Virus record (IMG/VR): IMGVR_UViG_3300022852_000153
Coordinates: 1 to 45,823 of that record
Strand: one strand, 5' to 3'
DNA from: a virus
Lineage: Duplodnaviria; Caudoviricetes
DNA length: 45,823 nt
In this document: positions 9,519 through 18,751 of the stretch, one piece after another
Position numbering within the stretch: position 1 is the first letter of the stretch
How the letters are laid out: each line of letters opens with the position of its first letter
Notes under the pieces: model-generated
What the model saw: the letters and a program-made list of their open reading frames with translations, nothing else
What the model was told of the DNA's origin: nothing
Databases searched by the model: none
Translations under genes and position numbers: made by a program

Positions 9519-9866
9519 TCAGCCCACCGTCTCAATCTGGCCGCTGGCCCGCCAAACCTTTCCAGGGCTAGTCCATGACAGCTTTCCACCAACGATCCGA
9601 GTCTGTTTCACTACACCATCCAGTGGGTCGAGCCAGTCGAACCATCCGGCACTGCCAAACAGGTCGACCCGGCGCCACGTATCAAAGGCGTTTTTGTCGG
9701 CAAGCGTCTCAACATGAATCACCACAGTGCGCGTAACGATGGGAAGAGAGCGCCGCGGCCTCTGCTTGGCAATACCGTTTTCCATCTCGGTGCGAAGAAC
9801 GCCATAGTCGGCATCCTCCGCATAGCCGGACAACAGGATCTTCGCGTAGGTTGGGAACGTGCTCAT
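9519..9866 (-). CDS. Distal tail protein (M-position)
   Basis: Follows tape measure; LRTEMENGIAKQRPR and GWFDWLDP motifs. Confidence 0.7.
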   Translation of the reverse strand: MSTFPTYAKILLSGYAEDADYGVLRTEMENGIAKQRPRRSLPIVTRTVVIHVETLADKNAFDTWRRVDLFGSAGWFDWLDPLDGVVKQTRIVGGKLSWTSPGKVWRASGQIETVG

Positions 9867-11986
9867 GCCATCCCCTTGATCGCACGGGCGGTGTCGCCGT
9901 TACGCTGGATATCCCGCACCACGATGCGGATCACTTCGCCTTGAGCGTCAAAAGAACTGCTTGCGCTGGATACCTGTTGCGGAGTGCCATTGTTGATGAT
10001 CTCAACGCGGGTAGATCCGCCTGCTGAAGCGGGCATCCCTGATGCACCGACATATCCGCCTTCGGCGTACCCCTTCAGCCGATCCAAGAACCCAACACCG
10101 AGACGACGGGTGACGTCTGCAGGGATGACATACTCGCCGGCGTGAACGATCCCTGCCGGGTCATACTTTCCACCAGCGCCGGTATAGCCACCGTCTGCGA
10201 AGTAAGACAGGCCATCCCAGCTTCCCACGGCAGGACCAGCACTGACGTAGGAGCTAGACGCCGAAATGCTATTGCCGAAGATGCCAGCCGCAAGGCCACC
10301 CAGCAAGCCGCCGATCTGGCCCGTCTTTCCGTAATCACCAAACAGCGCGCCCGCCAAATTGGCAGCCGCCGCATCCGCCGCCATGCGCATCAGAGTTTCC
10401 GCGAACTTCTGACCGATGTTGTCAAAGTTTCCAGACAATAGGCTGTACAACCCATCGCCCAGAGAATCCTGGATGCTTCTAGCCGCCTCACGGGCGAACT
10501 CGTCCATTTCCGAGGCGGTTTCCTGCGAAACTTTTGACAGCTCTTTCAGATGCGCCTGCGTCTCTTCGTATGCCTTGTTCTGCTCTTTGATGAAATCCAG
10601 CGTCTGGGCGGACGCCAGCGCTTCATCCTGCTGGGCTTGCGTCTTGAACGTCACAGAGCCAAGTCTGACCTGCTCCAGCAGCTTTTCGTACTCGGTTTCC
10701 TTGCCAATCAGCGCAATACGCTGGTTCATCTGGTCGATCAGCTTTTGGCCTTGGTCAACCTTCTCCTTGGCCGATTTCTCCACGGGAGAAGACGCCGTGG
10801 TCCTAATGGGCTCCAGCGTCTGTGTCGGCGCGCCAGTCTCATCCACTCCTCGATAGGCGCCCAGAACCTGCTGCATGTCGCGGCCGGCGCGCCCCTCGAA
10901 GTACGCCACACGATTCTGAGCGATCCGGATGCCATTATCGACAGCGTCTGTAGCGCTCCCTTCATCTCGAAGTCTCTTCTGCCAGGCGTACAGTTCTTCC
11001 AGCTCTTTTTTATACTTCTCGGCATTCTCCGCATTGCTTGCAAACGGATTGGTTAGGCCGTAAGTGAAAAGAGCGTCGACAAAGCCTTCTGAAGCCTTTA
11101 CGCCCGTAGCAAAGTCGGTTGCGATGCTAATCACCGACCTGGAAAGGTCTGCCAGCAAACTGACGAAACTAGCGAAGGCCTGCTTCGTCTCAGACGAACC
11201 AAGAACATCCGTCAGCTGGTTGACCGAGTCGGTCAAACTATCCACTGAAGGGCCGTCGCCCGTCATTAAGTCATCGATCTGGTTCTGCAACGCCTGCAAC
11301 GCGCCGCCCAGAGTGTTCCTGGCAGCTTCGGCAGCACCACCATATGAAGCTTCAAGCGCCTTAAGGACGACGTCTTGCGCCTCAGCTACACGGCCCGTCG
11401 CCTCCAACGACTCGACAAGCTTCTTTTGGTCCTCAGTGAACCGAAAGCCCTGCTTCGATAGCGCAGTGAGACCCTTGCTGGGAATGTCCAACGCCTTGCC
11501 GACCGTCTCGGCAGACTGCTCGACCGTCATGCCCAGGCGAACTGACATGTCGATTGCAGCCTGGAGCGCACGGGGGAACTCATCGCCAACCACGCCCGTG
11601 TACGACAGCAACCGGGTTTGTGCACGGTTGATGTCGCCTTCGCTAACAAATCCGGCCATACCGCTGGCCATCTTGTTCAGTTCAGCCGCGGTGAATCCTG
11701 CGGCGTTCCCTGTCGACTTCAAGACTGCAGCGAGTTGAGCTTGCTCGCTTTGCGCGTTCTTGGTTTCCTCGATGAACTTGCTGAATATCGTGCCCACACC
11801 AACGCCCAACAGCGCGCCGCTCAGTAAACCGGCGAACGCACTACTGACGTTTGTTGCAGTATCCTTGGCCTGCCTCTCAATCTCCTTGAAGCGCTTCTCG
11901 GCCGTTTTGGACGCACGTTGGGCATCCGTCTCAAACGAACCCGTCTTCATCAACAGATCGACGACGATACTGCCGGCTGTTGCCAT
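9863..11986 (-). CDS. Tail tape measure protein
   Basis: 707 aa Ala-rich helical protein; AGSIVVDLLMKTGSFETD N-terminus; FADGGYTGAGGKYDPAGIVHAGEYV C-terminal motif. Confidence 0.92.
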   Translation of the reverse strand: MATAGSIVVDLLMKTGSFETDAQRASKTAEKRFKEIERQAKDTATNVSSAFAGLLSGALLGVGVGTIFSKFIEETKNAQSEQAQLAAVLKSTGNAAGFTAAELNKMASGMAGFVSEGDINRAQTRLLSYTGVVGDEFPRALQAAIDMSVRLGMTVEQSAETVGKALDIPSKGLTALSKQGFRFTEDQKKLVESLEATGRVAEAQDVVLKALEASYGGAAEAARNTLGGALQALQNQIDDLMTGDGPSVDSLTDSVNQLTDVLGSSETKQAFASFVSLLADLSRSVISIATDFATGVKASEGFVDALFTYGLTNPFASNAENAEKYKKELEELYAWQKRLRDEGSATDAVDNGIRIAQNRVAYFEGRAGRDMQQVLGAYRGVDETGAPTQTLEPIRTTASSPVEKSAKEKVDQGQKLIDQMNQRIALIGKETEYEKLLEQVRLGSVTFKTQAQQDEALASAQTLDFIKEQNKAYEETQAHLKELSKVSQETASEMDEFAREAARSIQDSLGDGLYSLLSGNFDNIGQKFAETLMRMAADAAAANLAGALFGDYGKTGQIGGLLGGLAAGIFGNSISASSSYVSAGPAVGSWDGLSYFADGGYTGAGGKYDPAGIVHAGEYVIPADVTRRLGVGFLDRLKGYAEGGYVGASGMPASAGGSTRVEIINNGTPQQVSSASSSFDAQGEVIRIVVRDIQRNGDTARAIKGMA

Positions 11987-11990
11987 CTAG

Positions 11991-12298
11991 CTATCCTTGG
12001 GGTTTGAGTCCGAACGCCTTCAGGGTGCGAAGGTCGGCGTCAGAGAGGTCACGAACAATTGGGCTCGAAAGCCACTGGATCTTTTGGGCCATATCCCCGC
12101 CTGCCATGCTTTGTGATATCAAAGCTGCGGGGCGGTGGAACATATGAAGGTCATCAAACGGATGGCGCTCGTAGAACGCTTTCCAGAACTCGAATTCACG
12201 CTGGGTCATGGCCAGCCGCAATTCCTGGATGGTGCGGCCGCCCAGACGAAGCGCCAGGACGGCCCACAGCCAGTCATCGCTGCCAGCCTTTACGTGTT
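11991..12298 (-). CDS. Tail assembly chaperone, -1 frameshift extension (gpT-like part)
   Basis: The -1 frame is open from the slippery site (...HVKAGSDDWLWAVLALRLGGRTIQELRLAMTQREFEFW...) to the stop at 11991. Confidence 0.75.
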
Positions 12299-12631
12299 TC
12301 CCGGCTCGTCCTGGCTTTCGGACTTGTCAGCACCCAGCCCGTTGGCTTCCAGGACTGCCTTGAAGATGGCTTGCATCGGAACAGGATTCAGCCGCGACGC
12401 CTGTTCAACAGTCAGCTGGCGAACGCCTTCCTTGTCGCAAAGGCAATCCGCGATGAGAATAGCCATGCCTTTCCCCTTCATCATGGGGTCTTCCGACTTC
12501 ATGGCATGCGCATAGGCGTTGAACGCGGCGCCGCTGTAAGCACGGAAGTGCAGCGTGTGCAACTCGCCGTCGCCCAACGGCACTTCCTTGGCCGACACCG
12601 CTTCAGATGCGAAAAACGACTTGTCCAGCAT
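12290..12631 (-). CDS. Tail assembly chaperone (gpG-like)
   Basis: Between major tail and tape measure genes; ends in a slippery site. Confidence 0.8.
   Translation of the reverse strand: MLDKSFFASEAVSAKEVPLGDGELHTLHFRAYSGAAFNAYAHAMKSEDPMMKGKGMAILIADCLCDKEGVRQLTVEQASRLNPVPMQAIFKAVLEANGLGADKSESQDEPGNT
12296..12302 (-). other. Programmed -1 ribosomal frameshift site G GGA AAC
   Basis: Minus strand CCG GGA AAC ACG TAA: XXXYYYZ heptamer in correct phase just before the chaperone stop, as in lambda G/T. Confidence 0.85.
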
Positions 12632-12633
12632 GC

Positions 12634-13104
12634 TTAGGCCTTCGGCGTGAAGATGACAGAACCAGAACGTTGGATGGCCAGCGTTCCCTTCACAACATCA
12701 TTGCCGGCGAAATCCAAGGCCCAATCGGCGATGTAGCCGGTGAACCGGATGCTGGACCGGCCCACGGGCGGCTCGATGTCGCCATTGGAGTCCAAAGTCG
12801 GCAGCGTCGTGCCGTCAGACATACCGATGATCCATTGCAGGGTTTCGCCCGACTGCTTCAGGGCAAACATGTCTTCGTGGCTTGCCTGTTGCGGGTCAAA
12901 GTTAACCGGGGCCGAGACCTGGCCCGGGTTGCCCAGGCCACGGACGTACTGTTTGTCTTCAGTGTCCGAAAGGCACGTGGTTTCCACCTGGTCCGCCGCA
13001 CCACCAAGACCCGTAATGCCGGTCGGGCAGTGCAACTTGACCAAGACCGGTGCGGAACCGGGGCGAACATAGAAAAGCTCGGTACCTTGAGATTTGATCG
13101 GCAT
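12634..13104 (-). CDS. Major tail tube protein
   Basis: ATG 13104 with GGAG RBS; SQGTELFY...CPTGITGLGG...VETTCLSD...GLGNPG siphovirus tube pattern. Confidence 0.88.
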   Translation of the reverse strand: MPIKSQGTELFYVRPGSAPVLVKLHCPTGITGLGGAADQVETTCLSDTEDKQYVRGLGNPGQVSAPVNFDPQQASHEDMFALKQSGETLQWIIGMSDGTTLPTLDSNGDIEPPVGRSSIRFTGYIADWALDFAGNDVVKGTLAIQRSGSVIFTPKA

Positions 13105-13120
13105 CTTGATGCTCCAAAAG

Positions 13121-13142
13121 AAAAAGCCCGCTCGAGGCGGGC
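13121..13142 (-). terminator. Terminator-like hairpin immediately 5' of the major tail RBS
   Basis: Minus strand GCCCGC-CTCGA-GCGGGC-TTTTTCTTTTGGAG. Confidence 0.5.
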
Positions 13143-13164
13143 AAGGCAAAACAGAAAATGAGGA

Positions 13165-13530
13165 TTAGCGGGAGGTAATGAAATCAGCTTCAAGGCCGAT
13201 CCGAAAGAGTTTGGTATCCGGGTCGCGCAGGTTCACCACGATTCTGTTTGCGATCCCAGCTGCGTCGACGGCATCACGCACCGCTGCGGCAAGCTGCTCA
13301 ACCTGAGCGTCAGACTTCGACCAGCAGTCGATCTGCACGCTGTCAAAGTCCCCGCACGGCGTGCCGCTCAGTTGGTCATACGGCTGACCAGCAACTTCGA
13401 ACCATGTGACATAGGGCTTTTCGATATCCTGAGGCGCGGCACCATGGCGGAAGATGCGCACCGGAGTGCCGCCGACTATCGCCAGCACAGCAGCGGTCTG
13501 GAGGGTGTGGAAGACGGCAGGCAGCATCAC
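13165..13530 (-). CDS. Tail terminator (DUF3168-like)
   Basis: APQDIEKPYVTW...VQIDCWS motif; position before the major tail gene. Confidence 0.8.
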   Translation of the reverse strand: MMLPAVFHTLQTAAVLAIVGGTPVRIFRHGAAPQDIEKPYVTWFEVAGQPYDQLSGTPCGDFDSVQIDCWSKSDAQVEQLAAAVRDAVDAAGIANRIVVNLRDPDTKLFRIGLEADFITSR

Positions 13531-14015
13531 TTGTTCCGGTTCTTGGCGCCCATCTCAGACACCACCTTTTCAATGCGCTTGTTCAGGTCTTGAGTAATGA
13601 CGTTGATCGCCGCTTCCCCGTGTTGGCGCACAGCTGGCCGAAGCCATGGCGTAGCGGGCTGATCTTCCGTGCCGTACTCCATGAAGCTCGCGGTGGCGCG
13701 GGTCGTCACCGGCTTTCCATTCTTGCCCGGGTACGTCTTGCGGCGCACACGCACCAAGTACCGCTCGCCCTTACCAGTGCTGGGCGGCTTTCCCCGGCTG
13801 GAAATGACGTTCTTTTCAAGCAGACCCGTCGATTCATCGCCATTCATGGCGATAGCCCGCCGAAGATTCTTCTTGGCCTCATCACGGATCAGGCGAGCGC
13901 CCTTCGCGAGCGCCAACTTCACCGGGCCACCACGCTTCGAGACAATCTCGGGAGGCAGGCTCTTGAGCGTCGCAATCACGCCATCGACACCGGTTAGCTT
14001 GACATCGACCTTCAT
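13527..14015 (-). CDS. HK97 gp10-like tail completion/neck protein
   Basis: ALAKGARLIRDEAK...TGLLEKN...FMEYGTEDQPATPWLRPA motifs. Confidence 0.85.
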   Translation of the reverse strand: MKVDVKLTGVDGVIATLKSLPPEIVSKRGGPVKLALAKGARLIRDEAKKNLRRAIAMNGDESTGLLEKNVISSRGKPPSTGKGERYLVRVRRKTYPGKNGKPVTTRATASFMEYGTEDQPATPWLRPAVRQHGEAAINVITQDLNKRIEKVVSEMGAKNRNK

Positions 14016-14626
14016 TTGATCCTCATGAACGAGTAGCTGCGGATGCCTTCCCGGCCCAATTCCGTTTCAGCTTCGTTGTGCTCCATGCAGGCGAATCCCT
14101 GCGCCAGCATCCAGTCGATCAGGCCGCGATGGCTGAAGTACCAAATGTGTTCACCCGGCTTGAAGTGGCGGCTGCCAGGCACGCCATCCCCTTCCTCGAA
14201 GATCGGGATGGAGATAAACGCCCATTCCCGAACCTGGGACAGCAGCGCAGTCGGGTCCGGAATGTGTTCCAGGCTGTCCCAGCAAGTGATCGCGTCCACC
14301 GGGCGGCAGTACGGATCGCAGAAGGCCTCGCGTTGCCGCAGCCATTCGTTGGCTTCGGCGTTGACGTCGTACCCCTGAGCCGCGGCGTATTCCACGAAGC
14401 GGCCACCACCGATGCCAATATCCACTACCTGGCCCGCATAGTGGCGGCGCACCAGCGCCAGGCGTGCTTCGGTCAGCAGTTCCCCCATTGGTGACGCATC
14501 GCGCTGGCGGAATTCTTCCCAATAGCTCGTCGTGTAATCCATCGCCGGACGAGGATGAAATCCCATTCCGCGCTCAGGCCACCAGATCAGGGAGTCTTCG
14601 TAGCCAGTCGGCAAAGTCACTCGCAT
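14012..14626 (-). CDS. Class I SAM-dependent methyltransferase
   Basis: Motif I VVDIGIGGG, GYDVN, AITCWDSLEHIPDP, EHIWYFS; start placed at ATG 14626; stop overlaps gp10-like start (ATGA). Confidence 0.85.
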   Translation of the reverse strand: MRVTLPTGYEDSLIWWPERGMGFHPRPAMDYTTSYWEEFRQRDASPMGELLTEARLALVRRHYAGQVVDIGIGGGRFVEYAAAQGYDVNAEANEWLRQREAFCDPYCRPVDAITCWDSLEHIPDPTALLSQVREWAFISIPIFEEGDGVPGSRHFKPGEHIWYFSHRGLIDWMLAQGFACMEHNEAETELGREGIRSYSFMRIK

Positions 14627-15419
14627 GGTTCTTGATTCTTTTGTCGCAGTTGTGTTGTCTCTGCCGGCAGCGGCAAAGGTTGTCCGGGACCGCAAACCGA
14701 ATCCGGCTCAGGTCCATGTACTTTTCGTCTGTAATCAGTTCCGGGGCGTTAAATCCACCCTGCCCCCCGCATATCACCCATGCAGGGACTTTCATTGCTA
14801 TGGCGGCCGGGAGGATCCAACCGATCCCGCCAATCACTGCAGCGGAGTTCTGCACTAGCGCCATCAACTGCCGTACGTCAAATTCCCCTGCGTGGTACAC
14901 CTCGTCCGCTGGCGGCAATTTCCCAACCGACCATTCTTTCCCTGGCTCTAGGTCGGCCACTGAGATAACCCGATAGCCCGCAGTTCGAGCCATTTCCGCC
15001 GCCTCGGCGATGTACATGGTCAGGGGGTTACGGGCCTCCGCTACCCACTCAGCCCGCACAGTTGCCGGGCGCACCACCATGTACCGGCCGGACACCGGAG
15101 ACGGTCCAAAGTCCGGTAAATCGAACTCCCCTGGGGCAACGCCAAAGCACCGGCGCATCCCTGTGACGATTCCAGCTGTACCGTACTGAACCGTCACGAC
15201 AGACTCTTTCGGTGCTGTCACCCATCGCCCCGGATCCTGCAGGGCCATGTTCTTGGATTGCGTCCGCAGCGGCGTTTCGGCCTTAACAAACTTGACGCTT
15301 GGCAGGTCCTCGTACAGCTCCGGCCAGGGTGTCTCCAGGTAAACCGGGCCTTGCAACCGTTTCACAAAGGCGCGCTGGTAAATGTTGTCGCCCAGGCCTT
15401 TCATACCCCGAACTATCAA
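14574..15419 (-). CDS. Glycosyltransferase, GT9 (heptosyltransferase)-like GT-B fold
   Basis: N-terminal GMKGLGDNIY, central LPDF and VVRP, LMALVQNSAAVIG...AAIAMKVP and C-terminal Cys cluster (LCRC...HNC). Confidence 0.7.
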   Translation of the reverse strand: MIVRGMKGLGDNIYQRAFVKRLQGPVYLETPWPELYEDLPSVKFVKAETPLRTQSKNMALQDPGRWVTAPKESVVTVQYGTAGIVTGMRRCFGVAPGEFDLPDFGPSPVSGRYMVVRPATVRAEWVAEARNPLTMYIAEAAEMARTAGYRVISVADLEPGKEWSVGKLPPADEVYHAGEFDVRQLMALVQNSAAVIGGIGWILPAAIAMKVPAWVICGGQGGFNAPELITDEKYMDLSRIRFAVPDNLCRCRQRQHNCDKRIKNHASDFADWLRRLPDLVA

Positions 15420-15907
15420 CCTGCCTCCATCGGGAAGCAGTCCAACGCCGACCCCGGCGTACAGTTCACCACCTCAACACGCGGATTGGCTCGTGCCCAA
15501 TCTCGAAACTGCTGCAGGTGAACTGCTCGGCGGTAGGGCTTCGTGTTGACGAGCCCGTTCGTGTACTCGCCGAAGTAATGCGAGCCGTGCATGTCGAATC
15601 CGTACAACCGGATCCGCTTCGCCCCAAGGTTCACCGCCACCTGTAGCGCCAGAACTCCACTTGCCCACTGCGTATTGCCCGGGCGGCATCGTTCGACGCC
15701 TGGAAACTCGCTGCTGGAGAACTTGCGCCCTGCAAAATTCAGCGCTTCCGGATATGCGCGCCACCAAGCCCGGTCATTCGCCGCCAGGAAGTCCGCCCAA
15801 GGGGCCAGCTCAAACACGTTGCTGACCACGCCGACTCCCTGACCGCGCATGGACTCGGCCAGGTCACGGCTCATGCTCGGGCCCGGCGCCAGTAATACAA
15901 ACTCCAA
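15416..15907 (-). CDS. Maf/DUF115- or sialyltransferase(Cst-II)-like glycosyltransferase domain protein
   Basis: VLLAPGPSM...VSN...AND...SGVLALQVAVNLGAKRIRLYGFDM..HYF...VVNCT, the signature order of this fold. Confidence 0.65.
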   Translation of the reverse strand: MEFVLLAPGPSMSRDLAESMRGQGVGVVSNVFELAPWADFLAANDRAWWRAYPEALNFAGRKFSSSEFPGVERCRPGNTQWASGVLALQVAVNLGAKRIRLYGFDMHGSHYFGEYTNGLVNTKPYRRAVHLQQFRDWARANPRVEVVNCTPGSALDCFPMEAG

Positions 15908-15908
15908 G

Positions 15909-16244
15909 TCAACCCTCGTTAACGCCAGTTCCGACTGGCAGGGTTATGTACTCCAGCCCGCTATCCTTATCGGAAAGCACGCCGCGGATGTTGTAGACCG
16001 TGCCACGATGGATGATGCGGTCAGTGGCCAGGATGTCCCGCGTTCGGATCGTTATGCGCGCCGTAACCTCAGACTGTCCCGCCGCCGATTGCACGAACTC
16101 CCGAGCGGACAGCGGCTCGACAGCAGCCCACACCTTGGCGATTTCGGTCCACGTCTCCACCATCGCCCCGGTCGTCGCGTTCTGCACGTACGAAACGCGC
16201 TGAATCGAGACGCGGTGGCGCAGACGGCCAGCTTCCAGACTCAT
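15909..16244 (-). CDS. Head closure / head-tail adaptor (SPP1 gp16-like)
   Basis: AGRLRHRVSIQ...VWAAVEPLSAREF...RITIR...YNI motifs. Confidence 0.9.
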   Translation of the reverse strand: MSLEAGRLRHRVSIQRVSYVQNATTGAMVETWTEIAKVWAAVEPLSAREFVQSAAGQSEVTARITIRTRDILATDRIIHRGTVYNIRGVLSDKDSGLEYITLPVGTGVNEG

Positions 16245-16615
16245 CGAACCGTACTCTTGCGCAGACCAGACAGCAGGCTCGTCGCGCCAGCGCCGAGCAC
16301 GTAGCCATGCCCCCAGTGGGCAGGCACAGCACCAGCGTCGGAGCCGTCGCGGTACCGGTACTGCTGGGCAAGTTCAACCAAGATGGCGGCCTTCACCGCG
16401 TATTTCGGAATCGGCTCGCCGCTCGAATCCTCCGCAGGGATCGGATCGCCTGCGCTGTCGACGTCGCCCGATGCCTCATAGGCGCGCCATGAGTCCTTCA
16501 GCCATGTGAAAACAGCGTTTTCGACGGCCGGGATCCACGTTGCAAACCACGGATCGTCGTCCAGCGAGTCAACCCGAAGGTGCATGCGAGCCTCCTCGAC
16601 GCTTACTAGGCTCAT
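16241..16615 (-). CDS. Head-tail connector (HK97 gp6-like)
   Basis: LVSVEEARMHLRVD...VKAAILVELAQQYRYR pattern. Confidence 0.85.
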   Translation of the reverse strand: MSLVSVEEARMHLRVDSLDDDPWFATWIPAVENAVFTWLKDSWRAYEASGDVDSAGDPIPAEDSSGEPIPKYAVKAAILVELAQQYRYRDGSDAGAVPAHWGHGYVLGAGATSLLSGLRKSTVR

Positions 16616-17382
16616 GCTTGGTCCTTCAGCTTGATGGGAGCTTCAGGGGTAGCGTCCTTGCCTTTCGGACCTCGCCCACCATCCCGCCCCTTCCGAGCGG
16701 CAATTACCCAGTCTTCGCCTGCAGATTCTGGTTTGGCCGGAGTGTCCTTCTTCGCGATCCAAAGCGATCCGTCGTGGACCCAAGCCTCACCTGCCTTGGC
16801 CTTCGTGCCATCGCGCCAATAGCCGCCTGGCCGGATGCCGCCGGCAGGATAGCGGACCTCTTTCACTCGGCCCGCGCAAGACGCTTTGATCCGCACCTCG
16901 TGCGTTTCATCCAGGTATTCCATCTCGAAGGCGTCAAGGCCTACTCCGTCCGCCCCATCCTTTCCGTCGCTTCCGTCGCGTCCATTCGATCCGACCACCG
17001 GGCCAAGATTCTTGACCTCGCCATTGGTCATCGTGAGGAGCAATGCGCCATCACGGTCGATCATGGCTCCGGCCATCCCAACGCCGTCCGCGCCCTTCTG
17101 GCCGTCTTCGCCTTTGGCACCGGGTTCGCCGTCCTTCCCATCAGCTCCATCCTTGCCATGCACGACCGGGATGGAGTTCACGGCGTCCGCAATCATCTGC
17201 TTGACGACCTCCATGTCGCAATCCTTACCGTCACGGCCGTCAACGCCGTCTTTCCCGGCTATGGGTTGCGGCAATTCGGCAAGCTGGGTTTTCAAACGCG
17301 CAATCTCGTCTTTGAGAGGCTGCACGGCCTTGATGATTGCGTCGCCCATGGCTTGGCCGAACAGTTCAGGGTCAAACGACAT
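16612..17382 (-). CDS. Collagen-like (Gly-X-Y) virion protein with C-terminal CBM5/12-like motif
   Basis: Four GXY tracts (e.g. GKDGADGKDGEPGAKGEDGQKGADG), N-terminal coiled coil, YWRDG...GEAWVHDGSLWIAK motif. Confidence 0.7.
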   Translation of the reverse strand: MSFDPELFGQAMGDAIIKAVQPLKDEIARLKTQLAELPQPIAGKDGVDGRDGKDCDMEVVKQMIADAVNSIPVVHGKDGADGKDGEPGAKGEDGQKGADGVGMAGAMIDRDGALLLTMTNGEVKNLGPVVGSNGRDGSDGKDGADGVGLDAFEMEYLDETHEVRIKASCAGRVKEVRYPAGGIRPGGYWRDGTKAKAGEAWVHDGSLWIAKKDTPAKPESAGEDWVIAARKGRDGGRGPKGKDATPEAPIKLKDQA

Positions 17383-18751
17383 AGGTAGGCTCCAGGGCTT
17401 TCTTCATTGCGGCGATAGCCTTGTGGGTACCTGCAAAGGCGCGCAATTCTTCTAAATCAGGATCCGGCTCGGGCGTGGGAGCGGGCGTAGCCGCGGGCTG
17501 CATGGCGGGGTCCCACTCTTTACGATCAGCCAGCATGCCCAGCGGGTAGTCCTGGTTTTGCCCCCACAGCGTGTCACCGCCTGCGGTCGGAGCCAGGTTG
17601 AACGGCCGGCGCCCTTCGTCAGGAGTCTTGATCATTCCGCCTACAAGCTTCGTGTTGATCTCAGCCTTCTTCGCCTCGTCCATGCGCAACAGTGGTTCCG
17701 TATCCAACTCGATACCGAGCGGGCGGATAACCTTAAGACCATCGTCTAGCAGGTCTTCCATATGCTGAATGGGAGCCTGCAGCGCATCGCTGTAGTACAT
17801 GAGGTTCACGCCATCGACCCCCAGACCGGACGGAATGGTCCCGATCCCGACCTTGAACGGGGGAATCCCGAACGGCTGGCAAATCTGTTCGTCGCTGTAG
17901 CGCATCTGCTCGATCATCTGAGCGTCGATGCTCTTCATTGCAAACGGCGTGAACTTCATGTCCGCGCCGATAATTGCCACCTTGCCGGACTTACCTTCTG
18001 AGAATTCCGTGTTCCAGTAGCTCTGTACGGCCTTTGCATCATCTTCGGACATGCCAGCCGGGGCCGTCAGAAGGCCACCAGGTTGCGCGTTGTTCGCGAA
18101 GAACTCCGTCGCCGAGCGCATGATCTTCATGTTCTTCAGCGCGGGCCAATGCGCTGCGGCTAAGGGCGGAACACCGATAAGAGGATGGTGAACCGTCATG
18201 CAGCGGTCGTGAATGATCTCGCTTGCCGGAACGATCAGATTCTCAGCTGGGTAGCCCTCGGGCAGGCTGTTCAGTTTGTCGGTCTGCAACTGGTAGAACA
18301 CAGCGCCAGAATCGGACACCATCGGCAGCACACGCTCAGGATCCAGCACGTACAGTTCCGTCACCACGCCTCGACCGTCTCGGCGTTTCAGGATGTAGGC
18401 ATTCCCCTGGGTCAGCTTGGTGATGATCCAGTACTCGCGAAACTGAGCCGGAGTCTGAAAACCGTTCGGCTTGCGCAGTACGGGATCGTAAGTCGGATTG
18501 CTAACTTCGGTCCAAACGCCGTTAGCGTCACGGCTGCGGAGCGAAAAGGGCAGCTTCCCGATGTCCGAAGAGATGCGGTAGATGCACGCGTACAACGTCG
18601 GGTAGGTGATCAGATCACCCTGCTTTTCCTCGATATTGCGCTGCCACGCGCCAGTGAACGGTTCACTGATGATCCGCCAGGCGTTGCGCCACGTACCGCC
18701 AACGGCTTCCATCGCCTTCTGACGCCCGAAGGTGAACCCGAGAATCTTCAC
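17372..18751 (-). CDS. Portal protein, HK97 family
   Basis: YACIYRISSDIGKLP, LRKPNGFQT, GNAYI, EIIHDR, FFANNAQPGGLL, ICQPFGIPP motifs. Confidence 0.95.
   Translation of the reverse strand: MKILGFTFGRQKAMEAVGGTWRNAWRIISEPFTGAWQRNIEEKQGDLITYPTLYACIYRISSDIGKLPFSLRSRDANGVWTEVSNPTYDPVLRKPNGFQTPAQFREYWIITKLTQGNAYILKRRDGRGVVTELYVLDPERVLPMVSDSGAVFYQLQTDKLNSLPEGYPAENLIVPASEIIHDRCMTVHHPLIGVPPLAAAHWPALKNMKIMRSATEFFANNAQPGGLLTAPAGMSEDDAKAVQSYWNTEFSEGKSGKVAIIGADMKFTPFAMKSIDAQMIEQMRYSDEQICQPFGIPPFKVGIGTIPSGLGVDGVNLMYYSDALQAPIQHMEDLLDDGLKVIRPLGIELDTEPLLRMDEAKKAEINTKLVGGMIKTPDEGRRPFNLAPTAGGDTLWGQNQDYPLGMLADRKEWDPAMQPAATPAPTPEPDPDLEELRAFAGTHKAIAAMKKALEPTYVV

Noticed and set aside
14012-14626. DNA methyltransferase / restriction-modification gene
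   Set aside because: Lacks DPPY/NPPY or PCQ motifs; resembles small-molecule/sugar methyltransferases.
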